DNA from: Octopus sinensis
Taxonomy: Eukaryota
DNA length: 64,000 bases
Direction: 5' to 3'
NCBI RefSeq assembly: GCF_006345805.1
Contig: NC_042998.1
Span: 14,322,001-14,386,000 of the forward strand
A program made the position numbers and the translations under genes. This document shows, one piece after another, positions 1-11,293 of this stretch. Every line of letters starts with the position of its first letter. Within the stretch, counting starts at the first letter, position 1. The notes under the pieces are model-generated. The model saw only the letters and a program-made list of their open reading frames with translations. It was not told the origin of the DNA and did no database searches.

Positions 1-1057
1 ATTCCCCTTATAAATCATTGGTTAACTTAAACCTAGTCTACACTGGAAGTCTCTTGCCCGCTAAATTATGTATTAGGAATAGATCCAGAAACACGTTGTT
101 GTGAATGATGTAATTTTTTGAAATTGCACTCTGATGAAGATACCTTGGATCCATACCCCAATGCGTTTGTGAAATCCCTACAATCTAATTACAGGAGATG
201 CTACTGCAATAGTACCAAGCGCATGGTGGCTCATTATTATTCATTTCATTCCAGCGAAGTGGAAGTTTTTCTTTAGCTAACTTTGACGTTATGTTTGTTA
301 AATATTTAATGCTATTTGTAAAATTGGTATCTCTCGAAAATGTCGGCATATCCATATGATACATTTTTTTTTAGCTTAGTTGATTACGACAGTTATACTA
401 AGCTATGTAGGCGAGCCGTATTCATTTTATATCACTGTTTTTGCGCAATTGCTGTTTTCTATGCAATGTTCTTTTTTTTTAGTCAAAGCTTCTAGTGGTT
501 TGTTTCAGAAATATGCAGCGTGACTAAGTGAGACTTTTATTTTAAAACGTTTTGAAAAATATGTTTGGTAACGTTGCTGACTCTAATGGTTTTGATTTTA
601 GGTGGACAACAAAATATATGCTTAATTCGTTATATACTCTTTCTAAGACGCTTAGAATTATGTTAGTTCTGGAGGTGATTCCTTAAAAATCATTTCTATT
701 AAATCTTAGATGTATTCATCTAAATAGTAAATGTTAATAAATATATAATTGTTCGAGTCTGGTAGACAAGTTTGCCTGGGGGCTGAACAAGAACGACGCT
801 AGCCAAATCTCTATTAACTATAATTTAAATATGGTGGCGACAAAACAAGAGACTGTGATAATGTGTGTTGTGTGCATGTGTGCGCGCGCGTCCTAGTGTC
901 ATAGAGGAGAGCTAACGAAAGAGGACAAGAGAACGACAGAGAGGGAAAAGAAAAGAGAGCATGAAGAGGTGGAGAAGGTAAAGGAGAAGAGTGAGTGGTG
1001 AAAGTAGTATGAGAAGACAAATACAGGAAAAATCTAGAAGAAATATAGAGGAAATAG

Positions 1058-1229
1058 AGGCGCAGGAGTGGCTGTGTGGTAAGTAGCTTGTTTACCAACC
1101 ACATGGTTCCGGGTTCAGTCACACTGCGTGGCACCTTGGGCAAGTGTCTTCTACTATAGCCTCGGGCCGACCAAAGCCTTGTGAGTGGATTTGGTAGACG
1201 GAAACTGAAAGAAGCCCGTCGTATATATG

Positions 1230-1270
<41 letters not shown>

Positions 1271-1484
1271 TTGTGTGTCTGTGTTTGTCCCCTTAGCATT
1301 GCTTGACAACCGATGCTGGTGTGTTTATGTCCTCGTCACTTAGCGGTTCGGCAAAAGAGACCGATAGAATAAGTCCCGGGGCTTACAAAAAGAATAAGTC
1401 CCGGGGTCGAGTTGCTCGATTAAAGGTGGTGCTCCAGCATGGCCGCAGTCGAATGACTGAAACAAGTAAAAGAGTAAAAAGAGT
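1058..1484 (+). mobile_element. Family-A tRNA-derived SINE, full length
   Basis: A-box-like TGGCTGTGTGG, B-box-like GGTTCAGTC, CORE-like CCTTGGGCAAG, internal (TA)n(TG)n, 3' tail CAGCATGGCCGCAGTCGAATGACTGAAACAAG(TAAAAGAG)n; many similar copies in window. Confidence 0.92.
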
Positions 1485-1539
1485 GTAAAGAAAAGGAGGA
1501 TATTTATGATAAATTCACAATCAATCACGTTGTTGAGCA

Positions 1540-1611
1540 TTGAGATGCTCAACAAGAAGTATTCATGAATTTTCTAAGTGGCTGAGTATTCCGCAGGCAA
1601 GTGTACATTAA
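1540..1611 (-). mobile_element. Diverged fragment of family-C SINE 3' region
   Basis: AAGTGGCTGAGTATTCCGCAGGCAAGTGTAC resembles 8460-8492 and 48597-48628. Confidence 0.5.
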
Positions 1612-1789
1612 GTGCAATTCCAGTTTCGATGCAAAATGACAATCTTGTATCTCATTTTTTCATTCTTTTTTTCATTGCAGATATAATATAATCCAGAGAA
1701 GAAAAAGAAGAGGAAAAAAGAGAGGAAGTGAGGAAAAGAATGAGGTCGGGAAGGCGAAAAGAATAAGGATTGGCCGCAGTCATGGCAGA

Positions 1790-1860
1790 TATTGTACTTA
1801 TTGACCTCGACAATATGAAAGACAGTAAAGGTATTTGAACTCAAAGTGCAGAGACTCGGA
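1790..1860 (-). mobile_element. Old family-B-like SINE fragment
   Basis: GTACTTATTGACCTCGAC...ATGAAAG...ATTTGAACTCA matches the family-B core loosely. Confidence 0.4.
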
Positions 1861-1974
1861 ACAAATAGCACATGACAAACCATGCAACGTTCCACAGATT
1901 CTACGGATTTGCAGCATTGTGTGTTGCCGACAGAGCTTGTGTAGTTTTTATGTATGCTTGAAAGCATATATGTG

Positions 1975-2009
1975 CTTGTATATATGCATGTGTGTGTGTA
2001 TGTGCGTGC

Positions 2010-2055
<46 letters not shown>

Positions 2056-2245
2056 GTGTAGGGTGACTGTGTTTGTAGCTTTGATCTTTCATGCGCAATA
2101 CGGGATTGAACTGTTTACATTTTAAATAGACTTTGCACAGTGCTTCACATGTATGTGAGTGTATGTGTATATAAATACACACACACACATATACATATAT
2201 GTATATGTGTGTGTGTGTATATATATATATATATGTGTGTGTGTG

Positions 2246-2280
<35 letters not shown>
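1975..2280. repeat. Compound (TG)n/(AG)n/(TA)n microsatellites
   Basis: Visible dinucleotide runs. Confidence 0.95.
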
Positions 2281-2282
<2 letters not shown>

Positions 2283-2643
2283 TTTACTCTTTTACTTGTT
2301 TCAGTCATTTGACTGCGGCCATGCTGGAGCACCGCCTTTATTCTTTGTAAGCCTAGAACTTATTCTATCGGTCTCTTTTGCCGAACCGCTAAGTGACGGC
2401 GACGTAAACACACCAGCATCGGTTGTCAAGCAATGCTAGGGGGACAAACACAGACACACAAACATACACATATATATATATACATATTTACGACGGGCTT
2501 CTTTCAGTTTTTGTCTGCCAAATCAACTCACAAGGCTTTGGTCGGCCCGAGGCTATAGTAGAAGACACTTACCCAAGGTGCCACAGAGTGGGACTGAACT
2601 TGGAACAATGTGGTAAGTAATCAAGCTTCTTACCACGCAGCCT
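2281..2643 (-). mobile_element. Family-A SINE with small internal deletion
   Basis: Reverse complement of 1058-1484; lacks the GTCGA hairpin segment. Confidence 0.9.
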
Positions 2644-2771
2644 AAACACGTGATTTAAATAGGATCTTCTGTAAATTTCATGCTCTGATAGTATAATTAT
2701 CAGACGAGTTTATAAAGCGCGCTGTGTATTATCTTTCGATGTCTTTCTTGTTCTTTATCGCTTTATCTCAG

Positions 2772-2896
2772 AGAGCATCCATGTTCATTTTGTGCCTCAA
2801 AGATTGCAAAATAGTACTTGGCACATTATACAAGTTCATCCGATTACTGACCTGACAGATCATGAAACCTATAGAAGCTCACACTTAAATCACGTG
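2772..2896 (+). CDS. Candidate internal exon, unidentified protein (SIHVHFVPQRLQNSTWHIIQVHPITDLTDHETYRSSHLNHV)
   Basis: Pyrimidine-rich acceptor CTTTATCTCAG, one open frame, possible donors at 2894 or 2897; unique sequence; no homology recognised. Confidence 0.2.
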
Positions 2897-3136
2897 GTAT
2901 AAATCCGCATGCATTCGCAGACACACAAAACTGATTTGATAACTACTACAATCACATGACAAACTGGATGCAGTTAATGTGGTCTCCATGTTGTTGCAGA
3001 CATTATATACTTAGGTCACTGGCTTTAGAGTTATCTTCGCAACACACACCTGTCATGGAGGTCAAGTGATGTATCATAGGCGTTGCCCCCACCACCTGAT
3101 TATGATATGAAAATATACAAGCACATACTTATGCAT

Positions 3137-3236
3137 AAACACACCAACATCGGTTGTCAAGGGATATTGGGGGACAAACACAGACACACACATATACATA
3201 TATATATATACATACATATATATATATATATACATA
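3137..3236 (-). mobile_element. Family-A SINE, segment 3' of the internal microsatellite
   Basis: CACCAACATCGGTTGTCAAG...GGGGACAAACACAGACAC followed by TA-rich tract. Confidence 0.75.
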
Positions 3237-3239
3237 TTA

Positions 3240-3729
3240 AATTAGAGATAAAACCACTATTAGGCAAATCAATTTTACCTGTAAGATAGGATGTACTCCC
3301 TAATATTATAGGCCAATCCTACGCACTAATACTCTCTCATACACACACACACACACACCCTTATACATACTAATACATACACCAACCCTATACATACACA
3401 CATCCAGAACCCTCCCACGCGCTTTTAGCTGGTCCCTCAACCCTATTATCAACCCTATTATCTCCCCTTATTTCGCTCTCGCGTCTCATGTTTGATCTTT
3501 GACCTCTGGCCGAAATCAGATCGCCATGTTGATTCGTTAGCTACTGCACGCATTTTTTTTCTCTCCTTCTTTCTGTGTTTTTCTCTCTCTGTGTATCTTT
3601 CTGTTGAAGAGCGTAGGCTCGAAACGTTAAAGACTTGTTTTATTTATATTTCCTGAGCGCCATACTAATACAATTGTTCGTTTGTTTTCCACCTGCTTCG
3701 TCTTTTGTCTATTTTCATAAAGCTTCCCG

Positions 3730-3731
<2 letters not shown>
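3240..3731 (+). mobile_element. Non-coding Penelope-like repeat with hammerhead motif, inserted in the (TA)n of a family-A SINE
   Basis: Contains hammerhead-like motif 3596-3633; 3617-3731 recurs inverted at 5985-6099; lies between two parts of one minus-strand SINE. Confidence 0.6.
3596..3633 (+). ncRNA. Minimal type-I hammerhead ribozyme-like motif, non-canonical core
   Basis: TCTTT-CTGTTGA-A-GAGC-GTAG-GCTC-GAAAC-GTT-AAAGA: stem I TCTTT/AAAGA, stem II GAGC/GCTC, palindromic stem III AACGTT; A6 replaced by U. Confidence 0.55.
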
Positions 3732-3781
<50 letters not shown>

Positions 3782-3786
3782 ATATA

Positions 3787-3853
<67 letters not shown>
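3732..3853. repeat. (TA)n microsatellite
   Basis: Visible. Confidence 0.97.
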
Positions 3854-3854
<1 letters not shown>

Positions 3855-4018
3855 CGACGGGCTTCTTTCAGTTTCCGTCCACCATATCCACTCACAAGGC
3901 TTTGGTCAGCTCGAGGCTATAGTAGAAGCCACTTGCCCAAGGTGCCACGCATTCTGACTGAACCCGGAAACATGTGGCTGGTACGCAAGCTACATACCAC
4001 ACAGCCACTCCTGCGCCT
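3854..4018 (-). mobile_element. Family-A SINE, 5' half
   Basis: Reverse complement of 1058-1222. Confidence 0.9.
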
Positions 4019-4019
4019 G

Positions 4020-4034
4020 TATATATGTGTGTGA

Positions 4035-4085
<51 letters not shown>

Positions 4086-4213
4086 AAAGATGTTTACACA
4101 TGCATATGTATATACTTACATAGATATGCGTTTGTATATATGTACATGTATGAGCGATGCACACACACACGCTCACACACACACACACACGCTCGCACAC
4201 ATACACACACACG

Positions 4214-4250
<37 letters not shown>

Positions 4251-4265
4251 ACACACACACACAAA
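4020..4265. repeat. (TG)n/(AG)n/(CA)n microsatellites
   Basis: Visible. Confidence 0.93.
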
Positions 4266-4683
4266 CACTCGTGCCTGCTGTTTCTTGACCCAGTGCCGTC
4301 CATTGTCTCACATGACGTTTTGGCTACTCTTCGCGTATCTCTCCAACAAGACTTCCAACGTCTCCGAATTCTAAGCAATGAGCACGTGCACGAAACACAT
4401 ATGATGACACGTGCTTGGCTTCCTCGCCAATTGCTTCTGCAAAGTGCAACGAAGCGAGTTCGAAATCAAGTGCGTATGCTTCAATTCACTGCAATGTAAA
4501 TTTCTAACGTAATTCTTTTTCTTCGTCATATATTTACGACAAATGCTTCAACCTCGTCGCATCTGACCAATACATCTTGATCTAGGAACAACTCTGCAAA
4601 TCACACAATGTAGGAATCTGAGACAGAGACATACATTGAAAGCGGCGCATGCATTACTGCGTATATAAATGAATATTCTTGCT

Positions 4684-4685
<2 letters not shown>

Positions 4686-4715
<30 letters not shown>

Positions 4716-5299
4716 TGTATGTATGTATACATGTATGTAGGTATGTATGTATGTATGAATGTATGTATGTATGTAGGTATGTATGTATGTATGAATGTAT
4801 GTATGTATGTATGTATGTATGCATGCATGTATGTATGTATGTATGTATGTATGTTGTATGTATGTATGTATGTATGTATGTATGTATGTATACATGTATG
4901 TAGGTATGTATGTATGTATGTATGTATGTATGTATATGTATGTATGTATGTATGAATGTATGTATGTATGTATTATGTATGTATGTATGCATGTATGTAT
5001 GTATGTATGTATGTATGTATGTATGTATGTACGTACGTACGTATGTATGTATGTATGTATGTATGTATGTATGTACGTATGTATGCATGCATGTATGTAT
5101 GTATGTATGTATGTAGATTTGTATGTGTATGTAGACATGTACGTATGTGTGTAGGAATATATGTATGTACGTACATGCGTATGTGTGTATATATGTATGT
5201 AGTATGTATGTATGTATGTAGTATGTATGTATGTATGTATGTATGTATGCTTGTTTATTGGTATATACATGTATACTTATGCGTATGTATGTTTGTATT

Positions 5300-5358
<59 letters not shown>
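4686..5358. repeat. (TATG)n tract followed by (TA)n
   Basis: Visible tetranucleotide repeat. Confidence 0.97.
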
Positions 5359-5362
<4 letters not shown>

Positions 5363-5412
5363 CACCAGCGATAATAATTAATTTTATTGTATCGCATTTG
5401 ACTTTGTTTACG

Positions 5413-5446
<34 letters not shown>

Positions 5447-5514
5447 GGCATGTGAGTGCGTGTGTGTGTCTGAGAGTATGAATGTGCTCACAGGTGACTG
5501 CGCTTTGTATTTGC

Positions 5515-5620
5515 GTTCGTCCCTCTAACATTTGAAAACGAGTGTTGGTTTATTTACGTCCCCGTAAATTGGCGGTTCGCTAGTAAAAGCATGATAGAAT
5601 AAGTACCAGACTAAAATAGA
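5515..5620 (+). mobile_element. Diverged family-A SINE fragment
   Basis: TTTACGTCCCCGTAAATTGGCGGTTCG...GATAGAATAAGTAC. Confidence 0.6.
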
Positions 5621-5727
5621 AAAAAGAGAAATAAAAAAAAAACAGTTACCCACTGTATGCATAAATAAATACATATATATATACATATACATACATACAT
5701 ATACATACATGCATATATATATATATA

Positions 5728-5984
5728 TTCTCTTTTAGTCTTTTACTTGTTTCCGTCACTTGACAGCGACCACGCTGGAGCACCGCCTTCAGTCGAGCAA
5801 ATCGACCCCAGGACACATTCCTCGTAAGCCTAGTATATAAATTCTATCGGTCTCTTTTGCTGAACCGCTAGGTTACGGGGACGTAAACACACCACCATCG
5901 GTTGTCAAGCGATGTTGGGGAAACAAACATAGACACACATATACACACATATAAATATATATATATACATATACATATATATAT
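5728..5984 (-). mobile_element. Family-A SINE, 3' half ending in its (TA)n tract
   Basis: Reverse-complement tail through GGGGAAACAAACATAGACAC, then TA tract. Confidence 0.88.
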
Positions 5985-6099
5985 AACGGGAAGCTTTATG
6001 AAAATAAACAAAAGACGAAGGCAGGTGGAACACAAACAAACAATTGTATTAGTATGGCGCTCAGGAATATAAATAAAACAAGTCTTTTACGTTTCGAGC
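5985..6099 (-). mobile_element. Truncated copy of the 3240-3731 Penelope-like repeat (3' half of hammerhead motif)
   Basis: Minus strand reads GCTCGAAACGTAAAAGACTTGTTTTATTTAT...AAAGCTTCCCGTT, nearly identical to 3617-3731. Confidence 0.75.
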
Positions 6100-6114
6100 G
6101 TATATATAGTGGTA

Positions 6115-6149
6115 GACTGACAGACAGACTGACAGACAGACAGACAGAC

Positions 6150-6227
<78 letters not shown>

Positions 6228-6256
6228 TTAGATAGATAGATATATAGATATGTATG

Positions 6257-6304
<48 letters not shown>

Positions 6305-7112
6305 ATGTAAATACATACATACATACATTCATATTTACATACATACATACATTTCATAAATTCAGACAAACGATCGTGACTTATACGGAATAGCTCTTGT
6401 GCTTCTGTCTGCGATTTACTCTCGCTGTGTCTCCTAAGCAAATTGTCGCATAAATCTGTGTACGTGAGCGTCGTTGTGTTGTGTTTCTACATCAAGCCGT
6501 ATTGGTCATACATGAAGAGGCTGAAGCATATGTTGTTGATGTCTAACGACGAAATAGGGTGACGTTATAAAATCACATTGCTGCAAATTGATGCATATGT
6601 ATTTGCTCGCGAGCTCGCTTCGATAAACTTAGCTGAAGCAATTACTGGGAAAGCAATGCCTGTGTCTGTTCTCAGTGAACGTCTATGTGCCCAATGCATC
6701 GTAGAATTCCAGACACGGTAACAGTCGTACTGGTGAGATACACAACAGGCAACGAGTCACAGGAAAAATGGACGTCAGACTGTCATATGTGTCCGTGTGC
6801 GTGTGTTTATATTTGAGTGTGTGTGAGTGTCCGTACACGCATGTTTGGATTCATGCTCTCATATATATGCATATATGTTGGTATGTACGTATATATGTAT
6901 GCACGTATGTACGTATATATATATGTATATATGCATACATAGACACGCACACACATATATATACATATACACACATACACACATATATATATGTATATAT
7001 ATATACATATACATATACATATATATATGTATATATATTTATATACATATGCATATATATATGTAGACACACTCTCATATACGCACTTACACACACACTC
7101 ATATATATATAT

Positions 7113-7146
<34 letters not shown>

Positions 7147-7198
7147 TATGTGTGTGAGTGCGTATGTGAGTGTCTGTCTACATACATATATGTATATG

Positions 7199-7242
<44 letters not shown>

Positions 7243-7288
7243 TTTATGTGTGTATATGTATATATATGTTTGTGCGTGTCTATGTATG

Positions 7289-7338
<50 letters not shown>

Positions 7339-7340
7339 CA
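6115..7340. repeat. (GACA)n/(GATA)n/(TA)n/(CATA)n tracts (6115-6355 and 6840-7340)
   Basis: Visible; a unique stretch lies between them. Confidence 0.9.
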
Positions 7341-8281
7341 TGAGAGGTATAAGAAAGAGAGAGCGGAGGAGGCAAAATTTGAATATATGCGTACATTCAT
7401 TCATGCATACAAATAGACGTTGGTGATGAGAATGGAATCGTAGACATAAGAGAAAAAGAGTTTCCTGGGAAAGTGTGCAAATGGATAAAGAGATGAGCAT
7501 AAGAGAGATACATTAGAGCAAGTGAGATAGATACATAGATAGATATATATATAGAGAGAGAGAGGCGGGAGAAAGGAAGAGAGTGAGAGTCAGTGAGATA
7601 GAGAGGTAGAAAGACGGAATTACACAAAAAGCAGAGGATAGCGACGCAGCCGACAAGCAAACGCACAGGCAGACAGGCAAGCAGTTAGAGAGAACAGCGT
7701 TAAGAGACAAAAAAATATGTTGAGAGACTAATGGAATGAAATTTAAAGCATATAACGTAACAGGGGCGTTATTCTGCATAGAATGCTTTAATGCATTTAT
7801 TGTTATTGAAGCTGATGTTGTTGTTGTTGTTGTTTTTATTGCTATTGACGATGCAGTTGTCATTGTAGCTTTGTTGCTGTTCATGTTAACCCTGATCGAA
7901 CACGTACATGATTAAAGGTATTCTAACCGTGACCATTCCGTTTGTTCTGTTGTCATATTGCTTTCCCCTGTAGCTTCGATTAACATCTCTTCAAGCCGAG
8001 CTTATACATTCCTCATTCGTCTCTCACTATTCTTTGGATGTTTGTCCTGAATTTTCATGGATTCTTTCCTACTTCTTCTTGATTAAAACTATAAATAAAG
8101 GGAGCTCAATCAATAATGAATGACAATGCATTAGTATTTTATGTGGATTTTCTTATCATGGACAACAGATGAGGGTTGCGCAATTTCTGGATGAACAGAC
8201 AGCACAGAAGATTTGTTTTGTGTGATCCAATGTCTATGCTGTACATTAGTTCACTCCCTCCATCAAATAAATATATAATAT

Positions 8282-8380
8282 GACGGCGGCGACGATCATC
8301 GAAGGGACACTTAGCATAGTCATTTGACTTACTAGAAATAGCGACCAAATCCATTTGAATCCTCGATTGTTGTCTTACAT
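8282..8380 (+). mobile_element. Old repeat fragment (family G), near-duplicate of 9728-9832
   Basis: CATCGAAGGGAC(A/T)CTTAGCATAGTCA...GACTTACTAGAAATAGC(G/A)ACCAAATCC...GAATCCTCGATTGTTGTCTTACAT in both. Confidence 0.7.
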
Positions 8381-8763
8381 GGAAGCACTCCGTCGGTTAC
8401 GACGATGAGGGTTCCGGTTGATCCGATCAACGGAACAGCCTGCTCGTGAAATTAACGTGTAAGTGGCAGAGCACTCCACAGACACGTGTACCCTTAACGT
8501 AGTTCTCGGGGATATTCAGCGTGACACAGAGAGTGATAAGGCCGGCCCTTTGAAATACATGTACAACAGAAACAGGAAGTATGAGTAAGAAAAAGTTGTG
8601 GTGAAAGAGTACGGCAGGGATCGCCACCACCCCCTGCCGGAGCCTCGTGGAGCTTTAGGTGTTTTCGCTCAATAAACACTCACAACGCCCGGTCTGGGAA
8701 TCGAAACCACGATCCTACAACCGCGAGTCCGCTGCCCTAACCACTGGGCCATTGCGTCTCCAC
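8381..8763 (-). mobile_element. Family-C tRNA-derived SINE, full length
   Basis: Head GCGCAATGGCCCAGTGGTTAGGGC...GGTTTCGATTCCC, tail CGTCGTAACCGACGGAGTGC; imperfect TSD CTTACAT; homologous to 48327-48707. Confidence 0.9.
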
Positions 8764-9066
8764 GTGACTTACATAAGACATTATATACAAATTAATATAT
8801 ACAGGAGAATTGTGTGACAGACATCAGATATCAAAGTGATCACAGGGCAAAGTAAAATGGGGTGTTTTACTCATGAGCACAACGCACTGCTGAATCCACG
8901 AATCTAAACCACGGTTTTGCTTTCGTTAGTGTAACACACTTACCTCTAAACCACGTATTTGAGAAAAACTAGTAGATGCTCATACATATAAGTCTTCCCC
9001 TTTGAATTCCAGGGAAAGCAATCAACATGCTCTGTTACAGATTGACACGAGTTTGGTTGCACATAT

Positions 9067-9476
9067 TTATCTTTTTATTGCCCATAGGGGGCTAAACATA
9101 GAGGGGACAAACAAGGACATACAAACGGATTAAGTCGATTATATCGACCCCAGTGCGTAACTGGTACTTATTTAATCGACCCTGAAAGGATGAAAGGCGA
9201 AGTCGACATCGGTGGATTTTGAACTCAGAACGTAACGGTAGACGAAATACCTATTTCTTTACTACCCACAAGGAGCTAAACACAGAGAGGACAAACAAGG
9301 ACAGACACACGGATTAAGTCGATTATATCAACCCCAGTGCGTAACTGGTACTTATTTAATCGAACCCGAAAGGATAAAAGGCAAAGTCGACTTCGGCGGA
9401 TTTTCAACTCAGAACGTAATGGTAGACGAAATACCGCTAAACATTTCGCCTGGCGTGCTAACGATTCTGCCAGCTC
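9067..9476 (-). mobile_element. Family-B SINE (Meta-like core), head-to-tail dimer
   Basis: One head plus two approx. 185-bp units with GCCTTTCATCCTTTCGGGGTCGAT..AAGTACCAG. Confidence 0.9.
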
Positions 9477-9727
9477 AAGACTGGAGCAGAAACCCCAACA
9501 CTTTACACTCTCTAGCATTTCCTCGAACCCACTGCCCACGATTACTTCTGTTTATCGAACTAACAAAAAAAAAAGGAAAACAGAAAATGAAAGACAAAAC
9601 TGATCTTGGTAAGATTTGAATTCATGTCACTGAATCTGAATATATATTGCAAACACTCGACTTTTCTACTGATGACTTCGCGCCTTAGACCATTAAATGA
9701 ACGACAACTACAGCAGCTAGTAGACTA

Positions 9728-9832
9728 TGACGACGGCGACGACCATCGAAGGGACTCTTAGCATAGTCACTCGACTTACTAGAAATAGCAACCAAATCCC
9801 TGGGAATCCTCGATTGTTGTCTTACATAAGAA
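9728..9832 (+). mobile_element. Old repeat fragment (family G)
   Basis: See 8282-8380. Confidence 0.7.
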
Positions 9833-9911
9833 ACAGCAACACTCTATATTAATATTTGTTTATTTTTGCTTTACAAAAGTAACTTAATCACAATATTGAA
9901 GGTGTGTAAAT

Positions 9912-10162
9912 AATAATAATAATTATAAGCTTAAGGCTTATAAAGGACCATTGCGCGTTGGCTAAAAAAAATAGTCAGATATTGGGGCATATAAGCCCTC
10001 GAGGGAAAAATGTGGATATCGGTACGCCTGAGACCGCGTACTAGCGCCCACTTGACACCCTCTTTTTTCTGTCGAGGGTTTATATGCCTTAATATTAGAC
10101 TATTTTACTTTTTTCAATACACGGTGATCGCTTCTAAGCTTTAAGCTTATAATTATTATTAT
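9912..10162. mobile_element. Fold-back element / MITE with approx. 90-bp imperfect TIRs
   Basis: Left ATAATTATAAGCTTAAGGCTTA...GGCATATAAGCCCTCGA mirrors right TCGAGGGTTTATATGCC...TAAGCTTTAAGCTTATAATTAT. Confidence 0.7.
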
Positions 10163-10327
10163 CAATTAGGGAATCATCACTTGTTACCCCATCTCCATTT
10201 AACATTGAATGGATACTTTCTTTATTGAAGATGGTAATCGAGGTTAAGAGGTGGATTACCAGATGTTTCAAGCCAGGAATTCTACCCCATGTATTTCTAA
10301 AATTATTCTTCGAGGGACTATGTAGAG

Positions 10328-11103
10328 CAGTGGTCCTCAACCGGTCGCCATATAAGATTTATGGGTGACCAAGCAATCAAAATAATAAGTTGGAGAACCA
10401 CAGTAATATTTGAAGGGTCCATAAAAAAGACTTTGCTTTAGATTTTTTTTTATTGAAAGAAACAGGCACGTTCCTTTCTCAAATGTTTTACATAGTTTAA
10501 CATGTTTCACGTAACTCAAATATATTATCTCAGAGAGATAAACCTAGGCGTAGGAGTGGCTGTGTGGTAAGTAGCTTGCTTACTAACCACATGGTTCCGG
10601 GTTCCATCCCACTGCGTGGCCCCTTGGGCAAGTGTCTTCTACTATAGCCTCGGGTCGATCAAAGCCTTATGAGTGGATTTGGTAGACTGAAAGAAGCACT
10701 TCGTATATATGTATTTATATGTATGTATCTGTGTGTGTATATGGTTGTGTGTCTGTGTTGTCCCCCAACATCGCTTGACAACAGATGCTGGTGTGTTTAC
10801 ATCCCCGTAAATTAGCGGTTCGGCAAAAGAGACCGTTAGAATAAGTACTAGACTTACACAGAATAAGGCCCGGGTTCGATTTGCTCGACTAAAGGCGGTG
10901 CTCCAGCATGGCCACATTCAAATGACTGAAACAAGTAAAAGAGTAAAAGAGTAAAGAGTAAGTAAAAACGTGGGTAATAAAATAGCGATTTTAAAAGAAG
11001 TATCTATGAAACTAGCTTTGAAACATTTAATGGCAATAGGGGTCCACTAGAATAAAATAGTAATCAGAGGGGTTCAACAGGTAAAAATTGGTTGAGAACC
11101 ACG
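10328..11103. mobile_element. hAT (Charlie-like) MITE with nested SINE
   Basis: TIRs CAGTGGTCCTCAACC / GGTTGAGAACCAC; 8-bp TSD not recovered. Confidence 0.65.
10546..10968 (+). mobile_element. Family-A SINE, full length, nested in hAT MITE
   Basis: Homology to 1058-1484. Confidence 0.9.
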
Positions 11104-11293
11104 AATACAAAGAATACTTTCAATGGCTAACCTCGTCCTACTTGTTACTACCGTTTAACAACCGGTTAATCCTGCTCCAGCTGACATATGTTTGGAATAT
11201 CTTTAACTCTGACCACACAGGATATTTTTACTGTTACGATACAAACGCAGGCACACAAACATATACACACACATAGATACATACATATAAATA

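Noticed and set aside
131-180. CTGATGA...GAAA near the window start, and CTGACGA-AAT-GAAA in the 28217 spacer
   Set aside because: No pairing stems II or I around the motifs.
814-1488. Recurrent ORFs such as MLEGQTQTHKH..., MTTDAGVF..., MFIERKHLK...
   Set aside because: Incidental frames of SINE families A, B and C, repeated wherever the SINE occurs.
4601-5381. Many 60-195 aa ORFs rich in YIHT/MYVC
   Set aside because: Translations of (TATG)n, which lacks stop codons; the same applies to similar ORFs at 6768-7500, 13041-15431, 31782-32645, 36938-37984, 40545-41400 and 45432-46139.
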